Assembly: GCA_016180645.1 (NCBI GenBank)
Contig: JACPAV010000007.1
Span: forward strand, 166,888 to 204,950
Direction: 5' to 3'
Length of the DNA: 38,063 nucleotides
Source: Nitrospirota bacterium
GTDB taxonomy: Bacteria; JACPQY01
A program made the translations under genes and the position numbers. The notes under the pieces were generated by a model. The model saw only the letters and a program-made list of their open reading frames with translations. It did not search any database and was not told the origin of the DNA. Within the stretch, counting starts at the first letter, position 1. Each line of letters starts with the position of its first letter. Below are positions 15,308 through 25,086 of the stretch, one piece after another.

Positions 15308-16327
15308 CTAGAAGGTTTTCAGGACGCGGTGGGTCTGCTTGCAGTGGGGCCCATATTTCATAAGCTGGTCAAACCACGTCAGATAGTCGAAGCCGATCGC
15401 AAAGTTCATGGAGCATCCGGTGTGGCCGTCCGGGTGGTCGTAGTGGAAAATCAGGTGGCCCAATTCGTGGGTCTGATACCACGCGGTCATCTCGAGGGCG
15501 CGTGGGTCATTCCCGGAGAATTTCCGTTCACGGAGGAAGTACTTCAGGTCTGAGAGCAGGGGAAAGCTGGACATGATGACCATGCCATCCAATTCCGTCT
15601 TGCTCCGGTATGTGACCCCCGTGGAAACCCCGCCGCGGAGGGAGGAGTGGAGCGCCGGGCTGTAGGTCTCGATGCTGGCGACGAGCTGGTTGGTCACGAC
15701 GATATCGTATTCCTTCTGATTTCTCGCGAGCCATTCCCAATTCAGGAACTGTTCGTACGGGGCGCCGGTGAGCAAGGGCTTCCCATTGTCGAGCTTGACC
15801 TCCCGGAGCTCGCGGTACTTCGAAACGTGACAGCGGGCGAGTTGATCCGCCAGCTCCTCCTTCGTCGGTGCCGATTGGAGCGGCCCGCAGCCGGTGTAGG
15901 ATCCAATGGAGCGTTTGATTTCCTCGATCGGCTCATCCTTCCAGATCTCCACGAAAGCTTTCCCCAAATCGGCGGGATCATCCTCCTCGGCGTTGAAGTA
16001 GTTGGACTTGTAAGGGTTCTGTTCCGCCACCGGATCGTAGTAGGTGTGGAAATAGGCGTCGATCGGAAGGCGGCCGCGATCGACGAAACGGATGTGGTAG
16101 TCCCACTCCTTCTTGAATGCCTCCTCCATGATCACCAGCATCTTGCGGTAGTCCGAAATGGAGATGCCGGGGATTTCGGGATTCGTCACGAAGACCGTTT
16201 GCAACACGGTGACCTTCGGCTCCTGCTTCATCGATGAAATCCAATTGCAGGAAGGCGCGAACAGGGCCATGAGCAGGCAAGCCCCTGCGACACGGGTCGC
16301 CCAGGGACGTTTCAACGACACGGACAT
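15308..16327 (-). CDS. putative lipoprotein zinc metallopeptidase (metzincin-like)
   Basis: Signal/lipobox-like LLMALFAPSC, and HELGHLIFHYDH followed by a GCSM Met-turn. ATG 16327 preferred over 16366. Confidence 0.6.
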   Translation of the reverse strand: MSVSLKRPWATRVAGACLLMALFAPSCNWISSMKQEPKVTVLQTVFVTNPEIPGISISDYRKMLVIMEEAFKKEWDYHIRFVDRGRLPIDAYFHTYYDPVAEQNPYKSNYFNAEEDDPADLGKAFVEIWKDEPIEEIKRSIGSYTGCGPLQSAPTKEELADQLARCHVSKYRELREVKLDNGKPLLTGAPYEQFLNWEWLARNQKEYDIVVTNQLVASIETYSPALHSSLRGGVSTGVTYRSKTELDGMVIMSSFPLLSDLKYFLRERKFSGNDPRALEMTAWYQTHELGHLIFHYDHPDGHTGCSMNFAIGFDYLTWFDQLMKYGPHCKQTHRVLKTF

Positions 16328-16343
16328 CGGGAGCGGATGGCTT

Positions 16344-16646
16344 TCAGAATCGCTTGGGGATCGCATTCTTGGAATCCGGTTTGATCTTCTGGAGGAACAT
16401 CTCGACCTGCCGACGGCCGTAGAGGGGGATAACGTACCGATCGTGCTTGGCGAAAACCTTTCCCGCCCGAAGTTGGAGTTTTCGAAGCAGGGCGCGAACG
16501 CCCTCGGCTTCCCGCCTTGAGGGCAGGGAGAGTCGGATTTCCCAGCCCGTGCGTTTACCGCCGAGTCGTTTGTCGACTTTTACGCGGATGTAGCCGTGGC
16601 GTTCGTAGATGCCACGAAGAGCCCGTCCGGAATCGGCCTTCTCCGT
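16344..16646 (-). CDS. unannotated 100-aa LAGLIDADG-like domain protein with an ACG start (or a start-mutated pseudogene)
   Basis: Hand translation of an uninterrupted frame: ...RALRGIYERHGYIRVKVDKRLGGKRTGWEIRLSL...EAEGVRALLRKLQL...RYVIPLYGRRQVEMFLQKIKP... RBS AGGGAGG lies 5 nt before an in-frame ACG. Confidence 0.55.
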   Translation of the reverse strand, partial: TEKADSGRALRGIYERHGYIRVKVDKRLGGKRTGWEIRLSLPSRREAEGVRALLRKLQLRAGKVFAKHDRYVIPLYGRRQVEMFLQKIKPDSKNAIPKRF

Positions 16647-16800
16647 TGTTTCCTCCCTAGTTCCTAATACCTTTTACGGTCGCCAGCCAGATTATCTTGA
16701 ACCTTGCGCATCTGTCAACGAGATTCGTGCGGAGTCCGGCATTGCGACCTGTCGGACGGGGGGGGGGTGGTCCCTGGGCGGTCGGGGGGGGGGAGGCGTC

Positions 16801-18228
16801 CTATTCCCTGAAGATTTCACGCATTTCGCGCTTGATCCGTTTGCCGTCCGGGCTGTCCTCGCCGAAGAACGAAATGGATTTCTTGAAGTGGACCAGCGCC
16901 TTCTCCGGGTCGTCGTTCGCGAGAAACGACAGGGCCAGATAGTAGTGGGCAGGGCCGAGCGATTCACGTTTTCCGTACAGGACGCCGAGCTGGTAGTTGG
17001 CCTCCGCGGAGCTCCGGCGTTGCTCCACCGCCCGTCGATAGAGGGCGATGGCCTCGTCGGCCTGTCCCTTCGTTTCAAGCGCCTTGGCGAGGGACAACGC
17101 GCTCAAGTAGTCGCTGGGGTAGGCTGCGGCCGATGCGCGGAATCTCTCGATCGCGGCGTCGGTTTGACCCATTTCGAAGTAGACGCGGCCGAGATCCCGC
17201 TCCACGTAGGGTTTGTTCCGGAACTCCGCCCCGAGCTGTTTGAACTGTTCGATGGCGTTCGCCGGGCGGCCGGCGGCAAAATAGGCCAGGGCGAGAAGGT
17301 ATCGCGAGGTGTCATCCTTCTTCGTTTCGGCATCCTTCTCGTATGATGGGATCAGAGAGGCTCCGCCCGGGGAATACCGCACGCGGAGGAGGGTGCGGAA
17401 TTTTTCGAAGGCGAGGTCGAAGGGCCGGGCCGGAGCCTCGCCCTCTTCAGGAGGGGCGGCGGCGGAGCGGATGCGTTCTTCTTCAAGGGGGTGGGTCAGG
17501 AGATAAGGGGGAAGTCCCGTGGGGCTGAGACGTGTAGCCAGCTTCATTTTCTCGAAGAGCGACTGCATCCCGCGCGTATCGCGCCCGCCTTTCCGCATGT
17601 ATCGCATCCCCTCCGCGTCGGCCTCCCGCTCCTGCTGACGGCTGAAAGCGTACTTGGCTTGAGCATTGGCGCCGACGGCGCCGGCCATGATGCCCATGGC
17701 CGCTTTCGGATTGTCCGGCGCCAGGAACATGCTTCCAAGAATGGCCGCCATCATGCCGATATCAAGAAGGTTGTTCTTGGAGAAACTCTGGGACGCGTGG
17801 TGCTTGTTCACATGGGCGATTTCGTGTGAGAGGACGGAGGCCAGTTCGTCCGGCGTGTCGATAATGGTGAGCAGCCCGGTATTGACGTAGACGTACCCGC
17901 CGGGAACGGCGTAGGCGTTGATGTCGTCATCTTCCACGGCGGTGAACCGGTAGTGGAAGGGCTGAGGTTCGATCGGTTTGAGGAGGGACCCCCCGAATCC
18001 GTCGAGGTAATCCTGCACGTCCGGATCGCGCACGAGCTTGAGGTAGTCCCGGACTTGGCCGTTGAAGCGACGGCCGATCTCTTCCTCCTGCGAATTGGTG
18101 AGAGAGGAGGAGCGGCCACCGCCGGTTGCCCAGGCGTGGGCGATGGGAAGGCCCGAACAAGCGGACACGGAGCCCTGCAATACGAGGAGAAGCCATGCGA
18201 TTCGAATCACGAAACCCCTGAAAACCAT
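16801..18228 (-). CDS. M48-family metalloprotease with TPR repeats (BepA/YfgC-like)
   Basis: INAYAVPGG, HEIAH, FSRQQEREAD, YLLTHP, C-terminal TPR repeats, N-terminal signal peptide. Confidence 0.9.
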   Translation of the reverse strand: MVFRGFVIRIAWLLLVLQGSVSACSGLPIAHAWATGGGRSSSLTNSQEEEIGRRFNGQVRDYLKLVRDPDVQDYLDGFGGSLLKPIEPQPFHYRFTAVEDDDINAYAVPGGYVYVNTGLLTIIDTPDELASVLSHEIAHVNKHHASQSFSKNNLLDIGMMAAILGSMFLAPDNPKAAMGIMAGAVGANAQAKYAFSRQQEREADAEGMRYMRKGGRDTRGMQSLFEKMKLATRLSPTGLPPYLLTHPLEEERIRSAAAPPEEGEAPARPFDLAFEKFRTLLRVRYSPGGASLIPSYEKDAETKKDDTSRYLLALAYFAAGRPANAIEQFKQLGAEFRNKPYVERDLGRVYFEMGQTDAAIERFRASAAAYPSDYLSALSLAKALETKGQADEAIALYRRAVEQRRSSAEANYQLGVLYGKRESLGPAHYYLALSFLANDDPEKALVHFKKSISFFGEDSPDGKRIKREMREIFRE

Positions 18229-18289
18229 CGTACTCCCATCGGCAGAATGTGTCACTTGGGGCGCCTTGCCCAGAGACAAACGCGGGATT

Positions 18290-18964
18290 TCAATCGGCTT
18301 GCGAAAGGTCGAAGGGTCCCCCGCGAGGCAAAAGGGGCTGGAGGGGACAGGCTTCGCAGCGGGGTTTCTTCCGACAGAAGTGCTTCCCGATCATGACGAC
18401 GAGGGCGTGATACTCGTTGAAAAACGCCGGATCGGATTCGATTCCGCTTGTGATCAGGGTCTGGACGGCATGGTAGTCCGCGTCTTTCTCCGCCCAACCG
18501 TGGCGATGGAAAATTCGCAGGGTGTAGGCGTCCACGACGAAAATGGGATGGCCCAAGGCATAGAGGAGGATACTGTCCGCTGTTTCCGGCCCGACCCCAT
18601 GGACGCCGAGAAGTTCTTCGCGCAGTTCTGCCGTGGGCCGGCGCGCCATTTTCTTCCAATCGCCGCCGTATCGTTCGACGAAATAGCGCACGTAGCTGCG
18701 GAGTCTCCGGGCCTTCACACGGAAGTATCCCGCCGGACGAATCAAGGCTGCGAGCTTCGGGAGCGAAAGAGCCGCAATCCGCTCCGGTTTCAGCATGCGG
18801 GCTTCCTGAAGTCGGGCGATGGCTTTCTCCACGTTCCCCCAGTTCGTGTTCTGCGTGAGGACGGCCCCCACCATCACCTCGAACGGCGAGTTGGCGGGCC
18901 ACCAGTGTTGCGGGCCGAGCCGTGAGAACATGAGACGAAAGATCCTACGTACCGGTACGGACAT
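18290..18964 (-). CDS. endonuclease III-like HhH-GPD DNA glycosylase
   Basis: WWPANSPFEVMVGAVLTQNT, HhH GVGPETAD, VVDAY, Fe-S motif CRKKPRCEACPL. Confidence 0.9.
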   Translation of the reverse strand: MSVPVRRIFRLMFSRLGPQHWWPANSPFEVMVGAVLTQNTNWGNVEKAIARLQEARMLKPERIAALSLPKLAALIRPAGYFRVKARRLRSYVRYFVERYGGDWKKMARRPTAELREELLGVHGVGPETADSILLYALGHPIFVVDAYTLRIFHRHGWAEKDADYHAVQTLITSGIESDPAFFNEYHALVVMIGKHFCRKKPRCEACPLQPLLPRGGPFDLSQAD

Positions 18965-19048
18965 CCGTGAACGGTAGGACACGTGAACGCGGATCTCAAG
19001 TCTGCCCCGGACCTTCCCCCCTTTGCGCGGGAAGGTTACGATGAGACC

Positions 19049-20113
19049 ATGTCTTGGATCGACGAATTCGACTACCACCTTCCTCGGGAACGGATCGCTC
19101 AGATTCCGGCGGAGAAGAGGGATCAGTCCCGGCTGCTGGTGCTCGATCCATCTGCCGGGTCCATCGACCACGATACGTTCGAGCGCCTGGATCGATATTT
19201 TTCCAATGGGGATCTGATGGTGATCAACGACTCCAAGGTCGCTCCCCTGAGGCTGCGGGGAAGGAAGCCCAGCGGGGGAGCGGTGGAATTGCTTCTCATC
19301 CGACCGGAGATATCGGACCGGCGCTGGTACGCCCTTGCGAAGCCTCTCGGACGCCTGCCGTTGGGTTCGCCCATCGTCCTCGATGGAGGGGGGTCTGCCG
19401 TTATTCGGGCGAGAGGGAGAAGACAGATCCTGATTGAGTTCGAGATCGACGGGTTGACCGTGGGTGAGTATCTTTCGCGCCATGGTGAAATGCCCGTTCC
19501 TCCCTATATTCGGAGAAAGGCGGGTGACCCCAGGCTGGCGGTGGATCGGGACCGATACCAGACGGTCTACGCGAAGGAGGAGGGATCCGTGGCGGCGCCG
19601 ACGGCGGGGCTCCATCTCACGCCGGAGCTTCTGGATCGATTGCGGGCCGTCGGGGTGACTCTGGCGAGAGTGACTCTAAGTGTGGGCCCGGCCACCTTCA
19701 TGTCCCTGGATGATCTGGAGGAAGATTCGGCCACCCTGCCGCCCGAAAACTATTCTATTTCTCCCGAGACCGCGGATCTGCTTTGTCGGGCCCGTCGGGA
19801 CCGAAGAAGGGTGGTCGCCGTAGGGACCACGGTGACTCGCACGTTGGAGGACTGTTTTGGAAGAGAGGGTGAGATCCGATCCGGCCGATTCGCCGCCTCA
19901 CTTTTTGTGAGACCGGGGCATCGATTTCGGATTGTCGACGGCCTGATCACGAACTTCCATCAACCGCGCACGGGGGTTCTGGCTTTGGCGTGCGCATTTG
20001 CGGGGACGGAATTTCTAAGAAAGGCATACGCGGAGGCGATTCGATTGAAGTACCGCTTTCTCTCGTATGGGGATTCGACTTTCATCCTCAGAGCCGCGGG
20101 TCGTACCGGTTAA
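19049..20113 (+). CDS. queA: S-adenosylmethionine:tRNA ribosyltransferase-isomerase
   Basis: FDYHLP..RIAQ, RYQTVYA, GSVAAPTAGLH, AVGTT, ITNFHQP, YRFLSYGD. Confidence 0.95.
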   Translation: MSWIDEFDYHLPRERIAQIPAEKRDQSRLLVLDPSAGSIDHDTFERLDRYFSNGDLMVINDSKVAPLRLRGRKPSGGAVELLLIRPEISDRRWYALAKPLGRLPLGSPIVLDGGGSAVIRARGRRQILIEFEIDGLTVGEYLSRHGEMPVPPYIRRKAGDPRLAVDRDRYQTVYAKEEGSVAAPTAGLHLTPELLDRLRAVGVTLARVTLSVGPATFMSLDDLEEDSATLPPENYSISPETADLLCRARRDRRRVVAVGTTVTRTLEDCFGREGEIRSGRFAASLFVRPGHRFRIVDGLITNFHQPRTGVLALACAFAGTEFLRKAYAEAIRLKYRFLSYGDSTFILRAAGRTG

Positions 20114-20178
20114 GAATACGTCCAGGAATGTCCAGAAATGCCAAATGAGCCGGTTCGTAGCCTGGGAGCAAGCAGCGA

Positions 20179-20304
20179 GTAGGGGAGCAGCTTTAGCTGC
20201 TCCCAAGCAGGGAGGACCCCGTGCCACGGAGGGTACGGGGCCATGCAATGTCGCCGCGCCAGGGATGGCGCGGCATGGAACATGGCCTGAAGGTCCTCCC
20301 CTAC
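20179..20304. repeat. REP-like doublet (GTAG + palindrome); the second copy is interrupted by nested hairpins
   Basis: GTAGGGGAGCAGCTTTAGCTGCTCCC (20179-20204), and GGGAGGACC[about 67 bp]CCTGAAGGTCCTCCCCTAC (20210-20304). Confidence 0.7.
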
Positions 20305-20337
20305 GGCAGGTGAGTTTTCGGACGCACTCTCATACCC

Positions 20338-20373
20338 AAAACAAAACCGCCCCTGCCGTGAGGCAGAGGCGGT
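20338..20373 (-). terminator. intrinsic terminator after the SCP2 gene
   Basis: The minus strand reads ACCGCCTCTGCC-TCAC-GGCAGGGGCGGT followed by TTTGTTTT. Confidence 0.75.
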
Positions 20374-20397
20374 CGAGTTGTTTCTTGTTTGGAAAAA

Positions 20398-20841
20398 TCA
20401 GGCCGTTCCGAGAATGGCTCCAAGTCGCATGGCCAAGCTCATGTCGCCTTGGATTCTCAGTTTGCCCTGCATGAACGCGGCCTGCGGGTTGAGCGTACCG
20501 GTGTTCATCGCCTTCCAGTCGTCAACCTTCAGCGTGATCGTGCACTGGGCGGGATCGGGGGTGCCGCTGGCCACAGCCAAGGCCCCATCGGCGACCTTGA
20601 TCTGCCACTGGCCCCCGCCGTCGCCTTCCAGATTGAATTGATAGACGGCCTTCACGCCCTTTAACCGTTCGGCACCCTGAGGGTTCTTGGTGGCGCCGTA
20701 GGGCATGATGATCTCGAATACCTGTTTCGGAGTAGCATTCTTGAGGACCTGTTGACGCAGGGCGTTCCGATCGGCGCCCACGCTGTCAATGATCTTCTTG
20801 ATTTCCTCCGGACTTGATTGCGGAGTGACTTCGTCTGCCAT
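20398..20841 (-). CDS. SCP2 sterol/lipid-binding domain protein
   Basis: VYQFNLEGDGGGQW...LNPQAAFMQGKLRIQGDMSLAMRL. Strong RBS AAGGAGG before ATG 20841. Confidence 0.88.
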   Translation of the reverse strand: MADEVTPQSSPEEIKKIIDSVGADRNALRQQVLKNATPKQVFEIIMPYGATKNPQGAERLKGVKAVYQFNLEGDGGGQWQIKVADGALAVASGTPDPAQCTITLKVDDWKAMNTGTLNPQAAFMQGKLRIQGDMSLAMRLGAILGTA

Positions 20842-20919
20842 AAATCCTCCTTTTCCTGGCTGATTTAGCATTGGGTCCCTTTTTTGTCAAGAGAAGCTGG
20901 AGTAGAATGCCGCTTTGGC

Positions 20920-22158
20920 GTGAAAATTCTTTATCTGGACTGCTTTTCCGGCCTGAGCGGAGACATGTTCCTCTCGGGTCTGGTGGATCTTGGCCTGCCG
21001 GTTCGAACCCTGGCGGAGGAACTCGCCAAGCTTCACGTGGGGAGGATCGGACTTCGATTCGGTCACGTTCGGCAGAAAGCGATCCGGGCCCGGCGGCTGA
21101 CTCTTTCACTCCCCGGTTCACCCCATGCGCATGCGGGCCATCCCCACCCCCAGTCGCATCCGCACGCGCACCGCAGTTTTGGCGACATCGAGCGGCTGAT
21201 CCGAAAGAGTTCGATTCGACCGGAGGTTCAAAAGAAGGCCATCTCCATCTTCCGCATCGTGGCGGAGGCGGAGGGAAAAGTACACGGAGTGCCGTCGTCG
21301 AAGGTTCATTTTCATGAAGTGGGAGCGCTGGACTCGATCATCGACATTGTGGGCGCCGCCATCGGACTGGAGTATTTCCAATTCAATAAAGTCTACTGTT
21401 CGCCCCTCCCCCTGGGTCGTGGTTTCGTGAATACGCTTCACGGCCGTTACCCCGTGCCCGCCCCGGCCACGCTTGAGATCCTCAAGGGATTTCCTCTGGC
21501 CCAGCATCCGGACGCGGGCGAGTGGACCACACCCACCGGCGCGGCCATCGCGAAGGCCGTTGCGGAGCCGGTGGAAGGGATGCCCAGGATGAAGGTCACC
21601 CGGATCGGATACGGCTCGGGATCACGGATGGGCGAGACTCTGCCCAATGTTGTGCGAATGGTGGCCGGGAGCCGGGAAGATCGTCCCGAAGGGCTCCAGG
21701 GCGTGGAGCGCGACGAGGTCTGTGTGATGGAAACGGATATCGACGACATGACGCCTGAGATGTGTGCTCCGCTCATGGATCGGCTTCTCGCGAGGGGTGC
21801 GCTTGACGTGCAGTGGATCCCGACCCACATGAAGCGGGGACGTCCCGGATTCAGATTGGAGATCCTGGCCACCGACGAAACGCAAGAGGCCCTGGCGCAG
21901 ACCCTGTTTGAGGAAAGCAGCACCATCGGGCTCCGCTTCCACAGGGCGGAACGAATGAAGCTTCCCCGGAGAATCATCAATCTCCGCACGGCCTACGGGA
22001 TGATCCGGGCCAAGGTTTCCTCTCTCAACGGGCGGGTGGTTGCGGCGAAGCCGGAAATTCTTGACGTCGTGCGTGCCGCGCGGGAGCACGATGAGCCGCT
22101 GCCGCGCGTCCTCCGGGTCGTCCAGCAAACGTTGGACCGGCATGTCCGACCCCGGTAG
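20920..22158 (+). CDS. larC: nickel pincer cofactor biosynthesis protein LarC
   Basis: YLDCFSGLSGDM, His-rich loop, VHFHEVGALDSIIDI, PVPAPAT, TTPTGAAI, ETDIDD, MKRGRPG. Confidence 0.92.
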   Translation: MKILYLDCFSGLSGDMFLSGLVDLGLPVRTLAEELAKLHVGRIGLRFGHVRQKAIRARRLTLSLPGSPHAHAGHPHPQSHPHAHRSFGDIERLIRKSSIRPEVQKKAISIFRIVAEAEGKVHGVPSSKVHFHEVGALDSIIDIVGAAIGLEYFQFNKVYCSPLPLGRGFVNTLHGRYPVPAPATLEILKGFPLAQHPDAGEWTTPTGAAIAKAVAEPVEGMPRMKVTRIGYGSGSRMGETLPNVVRMVAGSREDRPEGLQGVERDEVCVMETDIDDMTPEMCAPLMDRLLARGALDVQWIPTHMKRGRPGFRLEILATDETQEALAQTLFEESSTIGLRFHRAERMKLPRRIINLRTAYGMIRAKVSSLNGRVVAAKPEILDVVRAAREHDEPLPRVLRVVQQTLDRHVRPR

Positions 22159-25069
22159 CCCCCTCCTCTCCCGGCCTACCGCTCCGCTGTTCCAGCGGGA
22201 GCGGCTCCAGAACATGTTCTTCGCGGTCAGCGTTCGTGTCGTCATCGCCGCCGTATTTCTCGGCTCGTATGTGCTGGCGGCCTACTTCGGTCTCGGCAAG
22301 CCGCCTTGGTGGGCGCGCCTGGTCCCGTATCTCTATGCCGGCTACGCGGCCGGACTGACCTATGCCCTGCACCTGCTTCGAAAAGGGAGATCTCCCGCCC
22401 CCGGTTTCCACGCGTTTTGCTATGTGGTGGACGCCTTCGCCATCACCGTCTTCGTGTTCTACACGGGGGGAATGTACAGCCCCTTTCTCCTGATCTATCT
22501 CCTGGCGTTTCTGGTGGCCTCCATGCTGGAGCGCGCGCGACTCGCGGTGCTCGTGGGCGTTTCGCAGGGCGTGCTGTTTTTCGGGATGGCCCTCGGCCAG
22601 GTCCTGGGGTGGGTACCCATCCACAGTGAGGCGATTCTCCGGGCCGATGCGCGGGTGGGCGTGTTTCTGCTGATCACGTGCTTCCTCGGGGTGGTCGATT
22701 TCCTGGTGATTTATCTTTTCCGCCGCATCAAGATCTCGGAGGAAGAGGGAAACAAGCAGTACCAGAAACTCGGCACGCTCTACTCCTTGACACAATCTCT
22801 TCTGGGGCGGCTCTCCCTCGACGAGCAAATGGAACGGGTCTGCGAGACGGTGGTGCATGCGTTGAAATTCGAATTCACCGCGATCTTTCTCTACGAGGAG
22901 GAGCGAGATGCCCTGGTGCTGAGCATGTCCGCCCCGAAGGGTTACCGGGAATGGCTTGAAGCAGCGGTGGGCGGCCCCCTCCGTCGGTTCTCCTATCCCC
23001 TCCAGCAGCCGGACCGGCCATTCATCGAGGCCATCCGAAAGAAACAGTTCTACGTGTCCAGGGATCTCCGCGAAATGATGGAAGCGATCGATCCGAAAAT
23101 CCCCGAGGGCACGTTCGAAGCGGTGGCGCAGGGGATTGGCGCCCGGTTCATCTATCAGGTTCCGCTGGTGCACCAGGACAAGCTGATCGGGCTGCTGAGT
23201 TCGATCGGGGGAGAAGTGGCCCTTTCCACGGAGGACCGGGATACACTCCTGAGCTATGCCGACGCGGCGTCCCTCGCGGTTGCAGACGCGAAGATGTGGT
23301 CGGACCTTCAGAGCAGCCGGAACGACTTGGAGCGGAGCCTGGAGGAATTGTGGATTGCGAATGACAAACTAAAGGCTTCCTACGAGCAGATTCGTGAACA
23401 GGCTTCGGACCTGGAGCGCTCCCGGCGGGAGGTGGAGGCCTCGGAAAAGGAGATCGAGTCGTCGCATTTGCGCCTGGAGCGGAAGCACCGATATCTTCAA
23501 AGCGCGGTGGACATCTCACAGAATCTCCACTCGTTGACCGATCCGGGCCGGTTGGCCCATGATTTCGCCAAGCTCCTCAAGAAGAGTTTTCCGGTCACCC
23601 AGGCGGCGATCTATATTCGGTCCGAAGAAACCATTGAGCCGAGGGCCGCCGCGGGTTTTCCCGAGGGCTCGCTGCGTCCCCTCACCACGGCTGAACTCCG
23701 TAAAGAGATCGTCTGGAAGGCGATCCAGGACCGCACGCTGATCCAGGCCTCGGTTCCCGCCTGGAAGCGAGCCTTCCCGGTGCTCGACAAGACCGTCGCC
23801 TTCGCAGCCGTTCCACTTCTCAGCGGAGCCGAATGGCTCGGATTCTTCTATTTTGAGAGCGGTGTGTCCAAGCCTTTTGATGAGGACGATACTTCGATGC
23901 AGGTGCTCCTAGCGAATCAGTTTACCCTGGCGTTGAAGAATTCGCTTCATTTTGAAGAAGCCATGTTCTACCGGAACTACCTGGAAAATCTGATCGAGCA
24001 TGCGGGGGCGATTTTTCTGGTTCTGGATCGCCGGAGCCGGATCCAGCTCTTCAACCGCTACGCGGAGGTAAAATCCGGGTATCGGCGCGAGGAGGTCATC
24101 GGGCGCCTCGCCGCGCGGCTCTTCGTCTCCGCCGACAAGCGGGAAGACTATTTTCGCCGGATGTCCGAACTCGTCCGCAGCCGTGTCCTGACCAGTTTCC
24201 AGGGTGAATTTCGAACCAAATCCGGACGGGTCCGGAAAACCCAGTTCACCTTGATCCCCGTCGTGAATGCCAAGGGAGAGGTCGAGCAGTCCATCCTGAT
24301 GGGTGAGGACATCACGGACCTCAAGAATCTGGAGCGTCAGTTGGTGGAGACCGGGCGCATGGCGGCTCTGGGACAGTTGGCGGCGGCGGTGGCGCACGAT
24401 CTGAACAACCCACTCTCTGTCATGAGCGCTCAGATGCAGCTTCTGGCTCGGGAGCTTTCGGCCGATGAGGGGAAAATGGCCCAACGCGTGCGGAAGGCGC
24501 AAACCGCCACGGAACACATCCGGATGCTCATCGACAACCTCATGGGGTACGCCAAGCCGGGTCGGGAGCGGAGAATCCGTCTCAGCCTCAACGATGTGAT
24601 CCGCGAGGCCCTGTCCTTCTCGGAATATGAAATCCGCCGGGGGGGGGTGAAGGTGGTCTGTCAACTCGATGAGGAGCTTCCGAGGATCGCCGCCGTCAAG
24701 GGCGAGATTCAGCAAATTGTTCTCAACTTGTTGGTCAATGCAAACCGGGCCATTCGGGAAGTGTCTTTCCGGGAGGGGCGGAACAATCACCGAGGGGAGA
24801 TCCGGATTGAGACCCGGCTCCTGGAGGACGGACAGGTCGCGCTCGTCGTATCGGACAACGGGATCGGGATTCCGGCACAGATGCAGGAGAAGATCTTCGA
24901 GCCGTTTTTCACCACGTGGTCCAACAAGGAAGGAACGGGGCTGGGACTGGCGGCCGTGCGGAGGATTGTGGAGCGCCACTCCGGTCGAATCTCCGTTCGG
25001 GGCGCGGACCCCAAAGGGGCGGAATTCGAGATCCTTCTTCCGGTGAATCCGCCTGAGGAGCGGGTCTAG
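22142..25069 (+). CDS. membrane sensor histidine kinase (TM helices, two GAF-like domains, PAS, HisKA, HATPase)
   Basis: H-box VAHDLNNPL, N-box NLLVNA, DNGIGI, FEPFFTT, GTGLGL; hydrophobic N-terminus. Confidence 0.9.
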   Translation: MSDPGSPLLSRPTAPLFQRERLQNMFFAVSVRVVIAAVFLGSYVLAAYFGLGKPPWWARLVPYLYAGYAAGLTYALHLLRKGRSPAPGFHAFCYVVDAFAITVFVFYTGGMYSPFLLIYLLAFLVASMLERARLAVLVGVSQGVLFFGMALGQVLGWVPIHSEAILRADARVGVFLLITCFLGVVDFLVIYLFRRIKISEEEGNKQYQKLGTLYSLTQSLLGRLSLDEQMERVCETVVHALKFEFTAIFLYEEERDALVLSMSAPKGYREWLEAAVGGPLRRFSYPLQQPDRPFIEAIRKKQFYVSRDLREMMEAIDPKIPEGTFEAVAQGIGARFIYQVPLVHQDKLIGLLSSIGGEVALSTEDRDTLLSYADAASLAVADAKMWSDLQSSRNDLERSLEELWIANDKLKASYEQIREQASDLERSRREVEASEKEIESSHLRLERKHRYLQSAVDISQNLHSLTDPGRLAHDFAKLLKKSFPVTQAAIYIRSEETIEPRAAAGFPEGSLRPLTTAELRKEIVWKAIQDRTLIQASVPAWKRAFPVLDKTVAFAAVPLLSGAEWLGFFYFESGVSKPFDEDDTSMQVLLANQFTLALKNSLHFEEAMFYRNYLENLIEHAGAIFLVLDRRSRIQLFNRYAEVKSGYRREEVIGRLAARLFVSADKREDYFRRMSELVRSRVLTSFQGEFRTKSGRVRKTQFTLIPVVNAKGEVEQSILMGEDITDLKNLERQLVETGRMAALGQLAAAVAHDLNNPLSVMSAQMQLLARELSADEGKMAQRVRKAQTATEHIRMLIDNLMGYAKPGRERRIRLSLNDVIREALSFSEYEIRRGGVKVVCQLDEELPRIAAVKGEIQQIVLNLLVNANRAIREVSFREGRNNHRGEIRIETRLLEDGQVALVVSDNGIGIPAQMQEKIFEPFFTTWSNKEGTGLGLAAVRRIVERHSGRISVRGADPKGAEFEILLPVNPPEERV

Positions 25070-25086
25070 TCACGGGACGCGCGCCG

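Noticed and set aside
18290-19615. 441-aa version of the endonuclease III-like ORF
   Set aside because: The N-terminal extension is the antisense shadow of queA; homology starts near ATG 18964.
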